A DNA stretch of 64,000 nt, taken from positions 48,000,464 to 48,064,463 of the forward strand of contig NC_043011.1 of NCBI RefSeq assembly GCF_006345805.1, read 5' to 3'. How positions within the stretch are numbered: the first letter of the stretch is position 1; each line of letters begins with the position of its first letter. Both the position numbers and the translations under genes were made by a program. Under the pieces are notes generated by a model. It searched no databases, had not been told where the DNA came from, and saw only the letters and a list, made by a program, of their open reading frames with translations. Positions 12,194-24,660 of the stretch are shown here, one piece after another. The DNA is from Octopus sinensis. Its lineage: Eukaryota.

Positions 12194-12735
12194 GTGAAAG
12201 TGCATGGACTGGTGGTTAGGGTGTTCAGCTCATGATCGTAAGGTCGTGATTTCAATTCCTGGTGGTAAATTATATGTGACCTTGAGCAGGACTTTATTTT
12301 ATGTTGCTTCAGTTCATGCAACAAAAACGAGTATTTCCTATATTTCAAAGAGCCGGCCTTGTCATACTGAATCTCCTTGAGAACTACATTAAGGGTATGT
12401 GTGTCTGTGGAGTGCTCAGTCACTTCTGTGTTAATTTCACAAGCAGGCTGTTCTTATTTCTTATTTCTTTACTGCCCACAAGGGGCTACACACAGAGTGG
12501 ACAGACAAACAGATTAAGTTGATTATATCGACCCCAGTGCATAACTGGTACCTATTTAATCAACCCCGAAATGATGAAAGGCAAAGTTGACCTCGGCGGG
12601 ATTTGAACTCAGAACGTAGCGGCAGACAAAATACCGCTAAGCATTTCACCCGGCGTGTTAACTTTTCTACCAGCTCACCGCCATTCTGTTGATCAGATCA
12701 ACAGGAACCTTCATCATTTTAACTGACAAACTGTC
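12194..12735 (+). mobile_element. SINE family E interrupted by SINE B
   Basis: Body stops at GGCTGTTC (12453) and resumes ATTCTGTTGATCAGATC (12683). Confidence 0.78.
12454..12682 (-). mobile_element. SINE family B, full length (long tail)
   Basis: Reverse complement of GGCGGTGAGCTGG...GCCTTTCATC...TTAAATAGGTACCAG...CCCCTTGTGGGCAGTAAAGAAATAAG. Confidence 0.92.
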
Positions 12736-12815
12736 TATGTATCCCAGTCATTGGCAAATTGCAGGCAGTGGGATATGTGGGGCCTACTGGGCTTTCTGAA
12801 TTGCCCATTTCAGAA

Positions 12816-13142
12816 AAAAACCATCTTGAATTGTGTACGATCCATTGCCACATCACCGTAAGTTTGCCGAAGCATGCTCAATATCTCTGTAGCAGACTTC
12901 CTAAGTTTAATGCAAAATTTGACGCTACCTTTTTGTTCTAGTCCATGACAAAATCACAGACTACATGTGCTCACAGAAAATACAAATTACACAACTTGTG
13001 AAGTAAACACAGTACAGTGTGAAGTAAACTCTACACAGTGCCTCATGAGGGTCACTGCTAGCTCTCACTGTGCACGCAACCATGTGCTGCCATCTGTTGG
13101 CATGCTACAGAACTAGTCTGTTAACTTTTCAATACCACCTTG
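12816..13142 (-). mobile_element. mariner (Tc1/mariner) 5' fragment: TIR, leader and N-terminal DNA-binding region
   Basis: TA + CAAGGTGGTATTGAAAAGTT TIR-like end at 13144; minus strand LEQKGSVKFCIKLRKSATEILSMLRQTYGDVAMDRTQ, a typical mariner N-terminus (not in the ORF track). Confidence 0.82.
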
Positions 13143-13574
13143 TACAAGACTGGGTTATGGGCAACCAGGATCTTCTAGTTGCATAACGCTATTTCATTCA
13201 CAAATTCAGTTTTAAACCAACCACTGAAATCGATTTGACGAACAGAACGAATCTACTTCTCTTCTGTATAATACATTACATAATTATTTTTACTTCTTTA
13301 TCTGCAATCAAAACAATTAATTAAGTAAATAACAACATAATCTCTACTTTTGGCAGAGCCAGATAAAAATGGCATTTTAAATTTATTCAGAATCTTAGCT
13401 CAGATCTTCCAACAAAGTGATATCACTAAAGTAATCCATAAGAAGCATTTTTTTGGTCATAAGATTAATGTTGAGAAAGCTCTTTGACATTTACAACATG
13501 CACAGTTGCTATTAATCACTAGAATTTGCAAAAAACATGCTGGACATATCAACACTCTCACACAGATATTTATA

Positions 13575-13696
13575 AGTGTATGTATGTGTATATATGTGTG
13601 TGTGTGGTTGCACACATACTATCTGTAGAAATAAACGCAGACATACAGTCATACTGAATATGTGCCTAAATGAATGCGTATGTGTGTGTGTGTATT

Positions 13697-13730
<34 letters not shown>

Positions 13731-14082
13731 TGTATGTTTTGTATGTGTGTGTATGTGTGTGTATAGGTAGATAGATAACATAAAATCTGTTGCATGTGTG
13801 TATTTTTATATATATATATAGATAATTATATACATATATGTATATGTAAATATATATACGCACTCACATATATGTGTATTTATGTATTTATCTACATATA
13901 TTATATACCGGGGGATATACAAACATGTATATATATATATATATATATCTATGTATATATGTGTGTGTGTTGTGTGTGTGTATATATATATATATATATA
14001 ATATATATATACACACACACACATATACGCACACACACACACCAACACACACACACACACACCACATATATATATATTATAT

Positions 14083-14113
<31 letters not shown>

Positions 14114-14125
14114 CACATACATATG
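13575..14125. repeat. (TG)n/(TATG)n/(TA)n/(CA)n compound microsatellite
   Basis: Direct. Confidence 0.93.
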
Positions 14126-14844
14126 TCTGGAGACCATGAGGGAAGAGATGAAGAAAAAAGAAAAAGAAGTCAGACCAAATCAGTGATCAGAGAGGAGAAG
14201 TAAGAGTGGTTTTTGCCAACATATGAGAAGAAAAGATGTTACCATTGAAGTGACCTCTATCAATTGAACTGCAGTTTGATAATAAGTAGTCAGAAAGAAA
14301 GAAAGATCAAATAAATTTTCGTCCTAATACATCGATTACTTACCATAACAGAATATTATTCTGTCTCCCTTCATCATCTTAAATGGCTTTCATTTATATT
14401 TTTTAATGGTTAGTATAAAGATTATTGAGTGAATTAACAAGAAAACCAAATTTTCTGTGGAATAATTCATAGAGAAGTTAATGATGTCATAGAACTATCA
14501 ATCAATTAGGTGGATCTATTTATTAATGATGGGGCGATTAACTTGATTAAATTCGGTAGAGTGCCTGTCCATCATTTCTCAGGAATTGAGCTATTAAGCT
14601 CAGCGGTTCCAGAGATGTATGTGTGTATAAGTGTATATGTATAAGCATATGTGTATGTGTATGCATGTAAGGGTGGTAAAATTGATAAGAATATTGGTAC
14701 GGTGCTGATGTGTCCAGCAAGTCTGTGATAGAGTTTTTGTGTGATTATCCAACCTGTTTAGTGCTTCTGCTAAACTTTTCTTTGGCAGATACCATTCTAT
14801 TTCACTGCTGAACTCCTTGCACCGAAAAAGTTTCTTGGCGCAAT

Positions 14845-14990
14845 CATAACTGGGTGGTAAGAAATTTGTTTCCAATTCACATGGTTCTGGGTTCAGACTC
14901 ACTGCATGGAACCATGGGCTAGTGTTTTATATTGCAGCTCTGAGATGATCAAAGGCTTTTGAGTGGATTTCATTGATGTAAACTAAAAGG
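14845..14990 (+). mobile_element. SINE family A, degenerate 5' half
   Basis: GGTGGTAAGAAATTTGTTTCC...CACATGGTTCTGGGTTCAG...GAGTGGATTT. Confidence 0.65.
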
Positions 14991-15327
14991 TGCATGTCTT
15001 ACCACACTGTCTCACAGTCACAGAAATTTTCTTCACAAAAATTTTGACATCTTCAAAACAAGAACCCCAGAAGAAAGTTGTTGTTATTTAACCCCAGTTG
15101 TCCTTATCCAGCAGATTTATGAACAAAGGGGTTCTGATCATAACATAGAGTTATATTCTCTTGTGCATCTTACCCTGTCTTCAAGAATTTGGGATGTGAT
15201 TTGTGAGAATTTTGCTGCTATTTCTAGCAACTCAAACTAACTGTGTAGTGTCTTCATTTTTCCTTTTTCTCTTTTAGAGGAATTTTAATCAGTTATTTGA
15301 TTTGTTTAACATCCTTTCTACTAAAGG

Positions 15328-15529
15328 TACAAGGCTTGAAATTTTAAGGGAGTGACCTAGCTGATTACATTGATCCCTGGTGTTTTACGGTTACTTGATT
15401 TATCGACCCTGAAAGGATGAAAGGCAAAGTTGATTTAGGCAGAATTTGAACTGAGAACATAAAAAACAGACGAAATGATGCTAAGCATTTTGCCTGGCGT
15501 GGTAACGGTTCTGTCAGTTCGCTACCTTT
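15328..15529 (-). mobile_element. SINE family B (B2 tail)
   Basis: TTTATCGACCCTGAAAGGATGAAAGGCAAAG; head ends at GCTACCTTT. Confidence 0.85.
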
Positions 15530-15534
15530 GATTT

Positions 15535-15752
15535 GGCGAGTTGGCAGAAACGTTAGCATGCCGGGCAGAATGCGTGGCCACATTTCGTCTGCCATTACGT
15601 TGTGAGTTCAAACTCCGTCGAGGTCTACTTTGCCTTTCATCCTTTCGGGGTCGATAAATTAAGTACCAGTTACACACTGGGGTCTATGTAATTGACTTAA
15701 TACCTTCGTCTGTCCCCTCTATGTTTAGCCCCTTGTGGGCAATAAAGAAATA
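15535..15752 (+). mobile_element. SINE family B, full length
   Basis: GGCGAGTTGGCAGAAACGTTAGC...CCCCTTGTGGGCAATAAAGAAAT. Confidence 0.92.
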
Positions 15753-15763
15753 TACCTTTGATT

Positions 15764-16083
15764 TCATCATCATCATCATCATCGTTTAACGTCCGTTCTC
15801 ATGGATTGGACGGTTCGACCGGGGATCTGGGAAGCCAGAAGGCTGCACCAGGCTCCAGTCTTATCTGGCAATGTTTCTACAGCTGGATGCCCTTCCTAAC
15901 GCCAACCACTCCGTGAGTGTAGTGGGTGCTTTTTACGTGCCACCCGCACAGATGCCAGGCAAGGCTGGCAACGGCCAAGGTCGGATTGGTGCATTTTACG
16001 TGCCACCGGCACGGGAGCCAGTCGAGGCGGCGCTGGCATTGGCCATGATTCAGATAGTGCTTTTTACGTACCACCAGTCCAGG
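15764..16083 (-). mobile_element. Family D retroposon with (GAT)n tail and internal GTGGCACGTAAAA repeats
   Basis: Reverse complement of GGAGTGGTTGGCGTTAGGAAGGGCATCCAGCTGTAG; three diverged TTTTACGT(G/A)CCACC units. Confidence 0.82.
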
Positions 16084-16317
16084 TTTTGTTTCATATAAAA
16101 GTCAAATCTTCAAAGCAAAAATTCTTACCAATCCACAATAAGGGCCATGCAAACCAATGGAGAAACAAAATCTCCAGCATTATGAAATTTGTGTCAGGTG
16201 GCTTCTGTTTGATGCAGTAACGAAACTGTTTTAAATATTCACCATTTGCCTTACTTTGTCAGTGGAAGCTGGATCTTAGGAAGCTGATTTCTTAAGGACA
16301 AAATAGTCAAATATATA

Positions 16318-17225
16318 ACAGAAGATGACGATGATGATGATAAGGAGGAGGAGGAGGAGATGAAAGAAGGAAGGGATGGAAGAAAGAGGTCGATGGGAGG
16401 AGGGGTATGTGGGGAAAGAGGAGAATGGGAGAAGCAGAGGATGATGATGATGATGACAATGATGATGATGATGACGATGACAATGATGATGATGAGGAGG
16501 TGGAGCAGGAGGAGGAGGAGATGAGAGAAGGGATAGGAGTAAGAGGTCGATGGAAGGAGGGGTATGTGGAGAAAGAGGAGAATGGGAGAAGGAGAGGATG
16601 ATGATGATGATGACGATGACGATGATGATGATGAGGAGGAGGAGCAGGAGGAGGAGGAGGAGATGAGAGGAGGGATAGGAGAAAGAGGTCGTTGGAAGGA
16701 GGGGTATGTAGGGAAAGAAAAGGATGGAAGAAGGGGAGATGATGATGATGACGATGATGACGATGATGATGATGATGATGATGAAGAGGAGGAGGAGATA
16801 AGAGAAGGAAAGGATGCGAGAAAGAGATTGATGGGAAGAAGGGTATGTTGGGAAGGAGGAGAATGGGAGCAGGAGAGAATGATGATGATGATGATGATGC
16901 TGCTGCTGCTGAGGATGATGGTTATGATGATGGATATCAGGAGAGTACTAATCATGACCAGTAAAATGATAATGATGGTGATAAAAGACGAAGCTAATTA
17001 TGATGAAATTAATGAAAATAATGAAAAATAACTGCTGTAGTGGTGGTAGTGGTACTAGTGATAGCGTTAGAGACGGTGGCGATTGGGATGATGATGATGA
17101 TAATGATGATGATGATGATGGTAATGACGATAGTGATGACGAAACTGCCACAAGTTGTGGAGCAACTGCTGATGCGGGTCGGGATAATGCTGATGATGTT
17201 GATGCTTATGAAGAAGATGACAATA
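16318..17225. repeat. Purine-rich compound repeat: four diverged ~150-bp GA-rich units with (GAT)n/(GAG)n spacers
   Basis: GAGGAGGAGATGAGAGAAGGGATAGG...AGAGGTCGATGGAAGGAGGGGTATG recurs near 16345, 16510, 16650 and 16790. Confidence 0.85.
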
Positions 17226-17269
17226 AATAATATTTTATATCCAGAAATTATTATGCAAGCCGGAATGTG

Positions 17270-17353
17270 TTTGCATGTATATGTGGATATATCTGTGTGT
17301 ATATGTGTATACGTATAAAGATATGCTTACATATACATATGTATGTGTGTGCT

Positions 17354-17384
<31 letters not shown>

Positions 17385-17407
17385 GTAGATATAAATACAT
17401 GTATGTA

Positions 17408-17445
<38 letters not shown>

Positions 17446-17498
17446 CATACATGCATATATATGTGTGTGTGTAGATATATATATATAGATTTATATAC

Positions 17499-17554
<56 letters not shown>

Positions 17555-17625
17555 AATGTATTATGTATATTATAAATATATCATATGTATTTATATATAT
17601 ATATATATATGTGTATGTGTGTGTA

Positions 17626-17683
<58 letters not shown>

Positions 17684-17800
17684 ATATATATATAGGTACG
17701 TACACACATACACACATTCTCATTAATATGTATGTTTGTATACACACACACACACATACACACATACAGACACATACGTAAATTCACACACATACATATA
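17270..17800. repeat. (TA)n/(TG)n/(CA)n compound microsatellite
   Basis: Direct. Confidence 0.95.
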
Positions 17801-18164
17801 CAGATGTCTCATTAATATTTATTTTAAACATTTTAAAGTCAAGATAAGAAGCATACATGAAGTGGTACAAGAGAGAGATTTATTAATATAAAGTCGATAA
17901 TAAATCATCTAATTGACTCCTGCAGTCACTGATATTACGAAATGCTAGCACTGAATAAGTCTTCAGAGACGAAAGAGTTAAAACTTATCTGACTTTCATT
18001 GTATCAGAAATAGTCATAAATATATGATGTATGTAAATGAAAGGTTTTTAGCATTCAGCATTGTTGTAATTGTCATTGTGTACCCCTACTGAATAGTAGG
18101 AAGAATACACACAGTGTACACATACACACGCGCACACACACAAACACATATATGTTTACAAACA

Positions 18165-18585
18165 CTCACACACACTTCTTGCATACCAAGAGAGATCTCG
18201 ATGTTGTATTCTGATTGCAGCTTATGTTTGCACATTAAGACACACACAGACACACACATGCGTGCACACAAATACACACACACACACACATGCACAAACA
18301 CACACACACACACACACATTTACGAACACATACACACTTCTTAGATACCTAGAGAACTCAGCATTGTATTCTCATTATTGTTTATGTTTGCACATTAAGA
18401 CACACACACATACACATACACATGCACAAACACACACACACACACGAACAAACACACACACACACACTCATACATAAACACTTGCTCACACACATTTACG
18501 AACACATACACACTTCTTAGATACCTGGAGATCTCAATATTATATTCTCATTACTGTATATATTTGTACATTGAGACACACACAC
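18165..18585. repeat. Three diverged ~160-bp tandem units separated by (CA)n
   Basis: CACACTTCTT(A/G)(G/C)ATACC...TATTCT...TTTG(C/T)ACATT(A/G)AGACACAC at ~18170, 18330 and 18505. Confidence 0.8.
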
Positions 18586-18965
18586 ACAGAGATTGCTCAT
18601 ACACACACAAACACATGCAGAAACACCCACACACACACTCACATATACACACTCACACACATATGTATATCATCATCTTCAACATTTTTATACCTACTTT
18701 CTATGCAAAGCTTTATTCAGTTGGATCACTGGTGTCTGCATCAGTTCTTATGGAAAGCCCACTGCCGTGGTCGACCTGTAATTTTTTGCTGTGGGTAGGT
18801 GCGCATGTTCAGAAATTAATTGCATACAAGTTTTGACTTTCTTTTGTTAACAAAATATGTGTATGTTCATTTGGGTGACCATTGCTCAAATTTCTTCAGT
18901 TAAAAATTCAAGCCGAAGGCTTATATGCCTCAATATTAGACCACTTTCTTTAGTCAATACACACA

Positions 18966-19745
18966 AAAGGAACTCAGCGACTTTGCCTCCATGAGGCCCA
19001 ATGCTCTAAAGGAACTCAGCCACTTTGCCTCCATGAGGCCCAATGCTCAAAAGGAACTCAGCCACTTTGCCTCCAGTAGGCCCAATGCTCAAAAGGAACT
19101 CAGCCACTTTGCCTCCAGGAGGCCCAATGCTCAAAGGGAACTCAGCCACTTTGCCTCCAGGAGGCCCAATACTCAAAAGGAACTCAGCCACTTTGCCTCC
19201 AGGAGGCCCAATGCTCAAAAGGAACTCAGCCACTTTGCCTCCAGGAGGCCCAATGCTCAAAAGGAACTCAGCCACTTTGCCTCCAGGAGGCCCAATGCTC
19301 AAAGGGAACTCAGCCACTTTGCCTCCAGGAGGCCCAATGCTCAAAAGGAACTCAGCCACTTTGCCTCCAGGAGGCCCAATGCTCAAAAGGAACTCAGCCA
19401 CTTTGCCTCCATGAGGCCCAATGCTCAAAAGGAACTCAGCCACTTTGCCTCCAGGAGGCCCAATGCTCAAAAGGAACTCAGCCACTTTGCCTCCAGGAGG
19501 CCCAATGCTCAAAAGGAACTCAACCACCTCACCTTCGTGAGGCTTGCTTGAAAGCAACTCACTACCTTGCCTCCACGAGGCCCATTCAAAAGGAACTCAG
19601 CCACCTCGCATCTGTGAGGCCCAACACTCAAAAGGATCTCAACCACTTTGCTTCCATGCAGCCCAGGAGCTTGGCCACTTTGTCACCACGAGGCTCAATG
19701 CTCAAAAGGAATTCAGCCACCTTACCTTCATGAGGCCAACACTCA
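18966..19745. repeat. 42-bp minisatellite, ~13 near-identical plus ~7 degenerate units
   Basis: AGGCCCAATGCTCAAAAGGAACTCAGCCACTTTGCCTCCAGG; homogeneous to ~19520. Confidence 0.97.
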
Positions 19746-19934
19746 AAGCTGTTTCCCCTGCATACTCTCATCCATGTATACCATTGTCAATGTTTATAAA
19801 CTCCCACTGTTTCATCTTCTGAATGCCGTTGTGTTGCCAAGTATTGTTGCATCTTCACTATATGCAGAGCCAATATGATTTATGTTAACACTAACTTCTG
19901 GAATTTGAATGTCTGACTATTAGACTTTCTGCAT

Positions 19935-20303
19935 ACCAACCACATGGTTCTGGGTTCTGCATGGCACCTTGGGCAAGTGTCTTCTACAATAGTCTCAGGC
20001 CGACCAAAGCCTTGTGAGTGGATTTGGTAGATGGAAACTGAAAGAAGCCGTCGTATATATGTATATATATGTATGCGTGTATGTATATGTTTGTGTGCCT
20101 GTGTTTGTCCCCCCAACAGCACTTGACAACTAATGCTGGTGTGTTTACGTCCCCGTAACTTAGCAGTTCGTCAAAAGAGACCAACAGAATAAGTACTAGG
20201 CTTACAAAGAATAAGTCCTGGGGTCGATTTGTTCAACTAAAAGTGGTACTCCAGCATGGCCACAATCACATGACTGAAACAAATAAAAGAGAGAGTAAAG
20301 AGA
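19935..20303 (+). mobile_element. SINE family A, 5'-truncated
   Basis: Collinear with full copies from CCAACCACATGG to the tail. Confidence 0.9.
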
Positions 20304-20516
20304 ATAAATATTGTCTGTGTTCATTTTAGCCTTTTACTGAGTTCTGTGTATTGTTTCTGTCATTAACCCTTTAACATTTAAACGGGGCATATCCAGCCGA
20401 AATATTTTACTGGTTTTCTACTCAAACCAATCAGATATGACCTTCTCACACCTACTCTACAATATTATTCTACAAAATAAACATTCATATTACTGAACTC
20501 TCAAAGCTATGAGATA

Positions 20517-21190
20517 TGAGTAAAGTAAATTTCCTTCCCAAGTCATGTAGACGGATAAGGTCCAGTTTCCAAATTCCATGATGTATATATTCTTATTTCA
20601 AGGGGCTAAACATAGTGGGGACAAACAAGGACAGACAAAGGGATTAAGTCGATTACATCAACCCCAGTGCATAACTGGTACTTAATTTATCAACCCCAAA
20701 AGGATGAAAGGCAAAGTCGACCTCGGCAGAATTTGAACTCAGAACATAATGGCAGATGAAATACCTATTTCTTTATTACCCACAAGGGGGTAAACACAGA
20801 GGGGACAAACAAGGACAGACATAGGTATTAAGTCGATTACATCGACCCCAGTGCGTAACTGGTACTTAATTTATCGACCCCGAAAGGATGAAAGGCAAAG
20901 TCGACCTCGGCAAAATTTGAACTCAGAACATAACGGCAGATGAAATACCGCTAAGAATTTCGCCCAGCATGCTAACATCAGTGCCAGCTCGCCATGGTGT
21001 ATATATTCTCCACCTGAACAGGACACCGGTCAGTTGCGGGATTATTCATTTTGGCCAGCTGAGCAAACTGAAGCAATATGAAAGGAAATGTTTTGCTCAA
21101 GAGCACAACATATTGCCCGATCCAGGAATTGAAGCCACAATCTTACTATCATGAATCCAACACCTCAACCACTAAGCCATGCACCTCTAC
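20517..21190 (-). mobile_element. SINE with an E-type head and a C2-like 3' module (E'), interrupted by a B dimer
   Basis: Head GTAGAGGTGCATGGCTTAGTGGTTGAGGTGTTGG; body GCAACTGACCGGTGTCCTGTTCAGGTGGAGAATATATAC; flanked by a ~13-bp TSD. Confidence 0.7.
20593..20993 (-). mobile_element. SINE family B dimer with 17-bp TSD
   Basis: CCATG(A/G)TGTATATATTC at 20576-20592 and 20992-21008; internal junction GAAATAC|CTATTTC near 20764. Confidence 0.9.
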
Positions 21191-21279
21191 AAACTATGAG
21201 ATAATGCATTATTAATTCAGAACAATATGAATAAATAAGCATTACATTTGACAGAGTAATCTGAAAGCTAAAATGTTTA

Positions 21280-21798
21280 CCATAAATCCTCGAGTATAGT
21301 CCACTCTTGAATATAATACACAGGGGATTTTTAGGGGGCTGTACCTCTGAAAAACCTAAACCTTGTGTCTAATACGCCCCCCTTCTCTAACTTGAGTCAA
21401 GGAGGTCTATATAACGTCTTTGGTTTGTAAAACTGTATATGGTAACGTCCTTTATTATTATTGTATATACAACATAATGCAAACGTGTAGCTTTTTTGTG
21501 CATTTTGTTTGCAGAAAATAAAGAAATAACAGTAATAACTAATAACGTTAAATAAATGTTGCTTACTGCAAGTTATGGATGATTCTTTTATGACTTCATT
21601 GCTTTCAGGCTTAGCTTAAGGTATTTTCGCGCCCGACATCACAAAATGTGTCTGAATAAACATTGCCAGACAGCAAATAGAGACTTGAACATTGCTTAGA
21701 AAATAATTTTCCTTTTTAACCTCGTGTATAATACGCAGTAGGGATTTTGACCTTTAAATTTTGGGGAAAAAATGCGGATTATACTCAAGGATTTATGG
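21280..21798. mobile_element. Tc2/pogo-like non-autonomous DNA transposon (MITE, 519 bp)
   Basis: TA TSD (21278-79, 21799-800); TIRs CCATAAATCCTCGAGTATA / TATACTCAAGGATTTATGG (18/19); subterminal TAATAC(G/A)C repeats. Confidence 0.88.
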
Positions 21799-22759
21799 TA
21801 AGCATTACATTTGACAGAGTAATCTGAATGCTAAATGGTTTAGTTACTTTTGTGAGGAATTCTGTATTGGGTAGATGCATTGTTTACCAGAAACACCTGT
21901 AACATTAGCCCAGCTTGTATTAATTCCATGTTTAGTGAAGAATGCTATATCAAAACTTGAAAGTAAATTCGTATATATCTAGCAAACTATGACAGATCAA
22001 AGCTTGAAAGAAAGCTCCCATATCTGTGAATGATGACAGAAGGAAATTTGATATTGAAATATGATACAGGGGACGTTAATGATAGATTAACCTTTAAACA
22101 AAATCTCACTACAAACGAAATGCCACATGATACAAAGTTTAATACTTAAAACAAAGACGGAAAAACAATACAAGATAAAAAGTTTTTCTTGTAATATTTC
22201 CTCTATACAACTTAACGAAACTGGGCACATGACATCTTGGAAAGAATTGGAAAGAGGAGAAAAGGAAAAACAAAACTAGAGAAACAACCAAATAAACCTC
22301 AAACTTTGGTATGTCCCCTTGAGCAATGATGCATTTTTAAAAAGTCTATAAGACATTTTAGCATATTGGCAGATTGGTAGATCTTAGGAAAAAATCAATC
22401 GAGTATATTTTACTTTTCAAATTACCTAAGATGTAGACTTATCCTCAAGTTATTTCTCTTAAGTCAAAAGTCTGTATTTCCTGGTTGTAATGAAGGAAAC
22501 GATATTGTATTCCATTGTGTACGATTGCACAAACAATAAGACAGAGCATATGTCTGTGTGTGTGTCTGAGTGTGTGTGTTTGTGTAGATTTTTGTGTATC
22601 TATATGCATTTCTGTATACGTTTGTGTGTATTTGTGTATCATTTTCTGGATGTGTAAGAATATAAAATTTTTGAATGTGCATGCTTTTGTGTTAGTGTTT
22701 ATAAGTGTGTGTATATTTGTATATGTATACAGTTGTGAATTCATCAATAATTTTGAATG

Positions 22760-22975
22760 AATGCATGTATGAGTGTGTGTGAGCGTGCGTGGGGGCTATG
22801 TACATAGGATTTTCATTGTGTGTGCATGTGTGTTTGTGTTTGTGTGTGCATGAATATATATATTTATATATATATATATGTGTGTGTGTATGTATGTATA
22901 ATATATATATATGAAAATATGTATATGTATATGTATATATATATTGTATATGTATATGTATAATATATGTATATG

Positions 22976-23054
<79 letters not shown>

Positions 23055-23160
23055 GTATATATATGTATATATATAGTATATATATGTATGTATATGTACA
23101 AATATATATATGTATATATTATATGATGATGATGATGATATATATATATATATATGTTTT
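22760..23160. repeat. (TG)n/(TA)n/(TATG)n compound microsatellite
   Basis: Direct. Confidence 0.95.
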
Positions 23161-23324
23161 ATGTTTATTGTTCTTACAATCCACAAATGACTAAGTATCT
23201 CTCCGGTATCTCTACTTCCATTGTGAACAGAGACTTGCACATCAAGTGTGAGAAGAATCCCCCATCCCCACTCCTGTTACTTCCTCACACAACCACCACT
23301 GCCACCGGCACCGCCACCACCACT

Positions 23325-23356
<32 letters not shown>

Positions 23357-24169
23357 CAACAGCCTCAATGCCACCATCACAACAACACTAAATTACTTTC
23401 TAACATTTCTCATTTCGCTTCCCTCTTATTTTATTTATCCCCTCGCCACCCTCTCTGCTCTTTCAGCAAGTGTGTATGTGTGTGTGAGTGTGTGTGTCTG
23501 TGTGTGTGTGTGTGTGTGTGTATGTGTGTGTATGAAGTTATAATAAACAACTTTTTCCATCAGTGAGTGTCATAAAACAGAGAACCAGGCAGGAGAGAGA
23601 ATGGTAGGACAAAGTGTTCAATTTACAGTTACATCCTGACAATGAAGACCATCCAAGTTTGTTCATTTATTTATTTATTTATAATTTGATTTTGTTTACT
23701 TTTTCAATTTCTTAGTAAAACAAAAACAAAAACAAAATAGAAAAATAAAAATAAAAATAAAAAAAAAACAAAAACAAAAACAAAGAAACCTGATAAAACT
23801 AGATATAAAAACCAGTTAAAACCAGATAAGACAAGCGAAATAGTGGTGAAATAGTCTTCCATAGGGGATCTTCATCTTAATACACATCAGGATGAAGCGG
23901 ATGTTGGCAGCAGGCCCAATGGCTAGGAAAAGTTTTCTTTTGTTAAAGCTGACTTCATACAAGAAATAAAGAAAGAAAGAAAGAAAGAATGAATGAATGA
24001 ACGAAAGAAAGAAAGAAACATATACAATGTTTCCTCTTAGATGGAAGAGTGATATAACTTTTAAATGACATTTTATGGGGCACCCCCCAGGGTGTCTTCG
24101 TTTTATTTTTCTTTATTGTTGTAGTTGATGTCATTGTTGTTATTATTGTTGGTGTTGATGTTATTGCTA

Positions 24170-24527
24170 TTGCCATCGTTCTTCTTCTTCTTCTTCTTCT
24201 TCTCCTTCTATTACTTCTCCTTCTCCTCCTCCTCCTCCTCTCCTCCTTTTTCGTCTTCTTCTTCAGCTACTCCATCTTCTTTTTTGTCTTCTTTGTCTTC
24301 TTTTTCTTCTTCTTCTTCTTCTTCTTCTTCTTCTCTTCTTCTTCTGCTTCTTCTTTTTCTTCACTTCTTCTTCTTCAGCTTCTTCTTCTTCAGCTTCTTC
24401 TTCTTCATCTTTTCCTTCTACTACTTCTCCTCCTCCCCTCCTCCTCCTTTTTCGTCTTCTTCTTCAGCTACTTCATCTTCTTCATCTTCTTCTTCTTCTT
24501 CTACTTCTTCTTCTTCTTTTCTTCAGC

Positions 24528-24559
<32 letters not shown>

Positions 24560-24660
24560 CAGTTACTCCATCTTCTTCGTCTTCGTCTTCTTCTTCTTCT
24601 CCTTCTTCTTCTTCTTCTTCTTCTTCTTCTTCTACCACCTTCTCCTTCCACCACCTTCTC
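24170..24660. repeat. (CTT)n/(CCT)n compound repeat with an internal ~210-bp duplication
   Basis: TCCTCCTTTTTCGTCTTCTTCTTCAGCTAC at ~24240 and ~24445. Confidence 0.9.

Larger units (their letters stand above)
20363..21277. mobile_element. piggyBac-like MITE (F) split by nested SINEs
   Basis: TTAACCCTTTAACATT start; left part ends AAAGCTATGAGATA (20503-20516), resumes AAACTATGAGATA (21191-21203). Confidence 0.75.
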
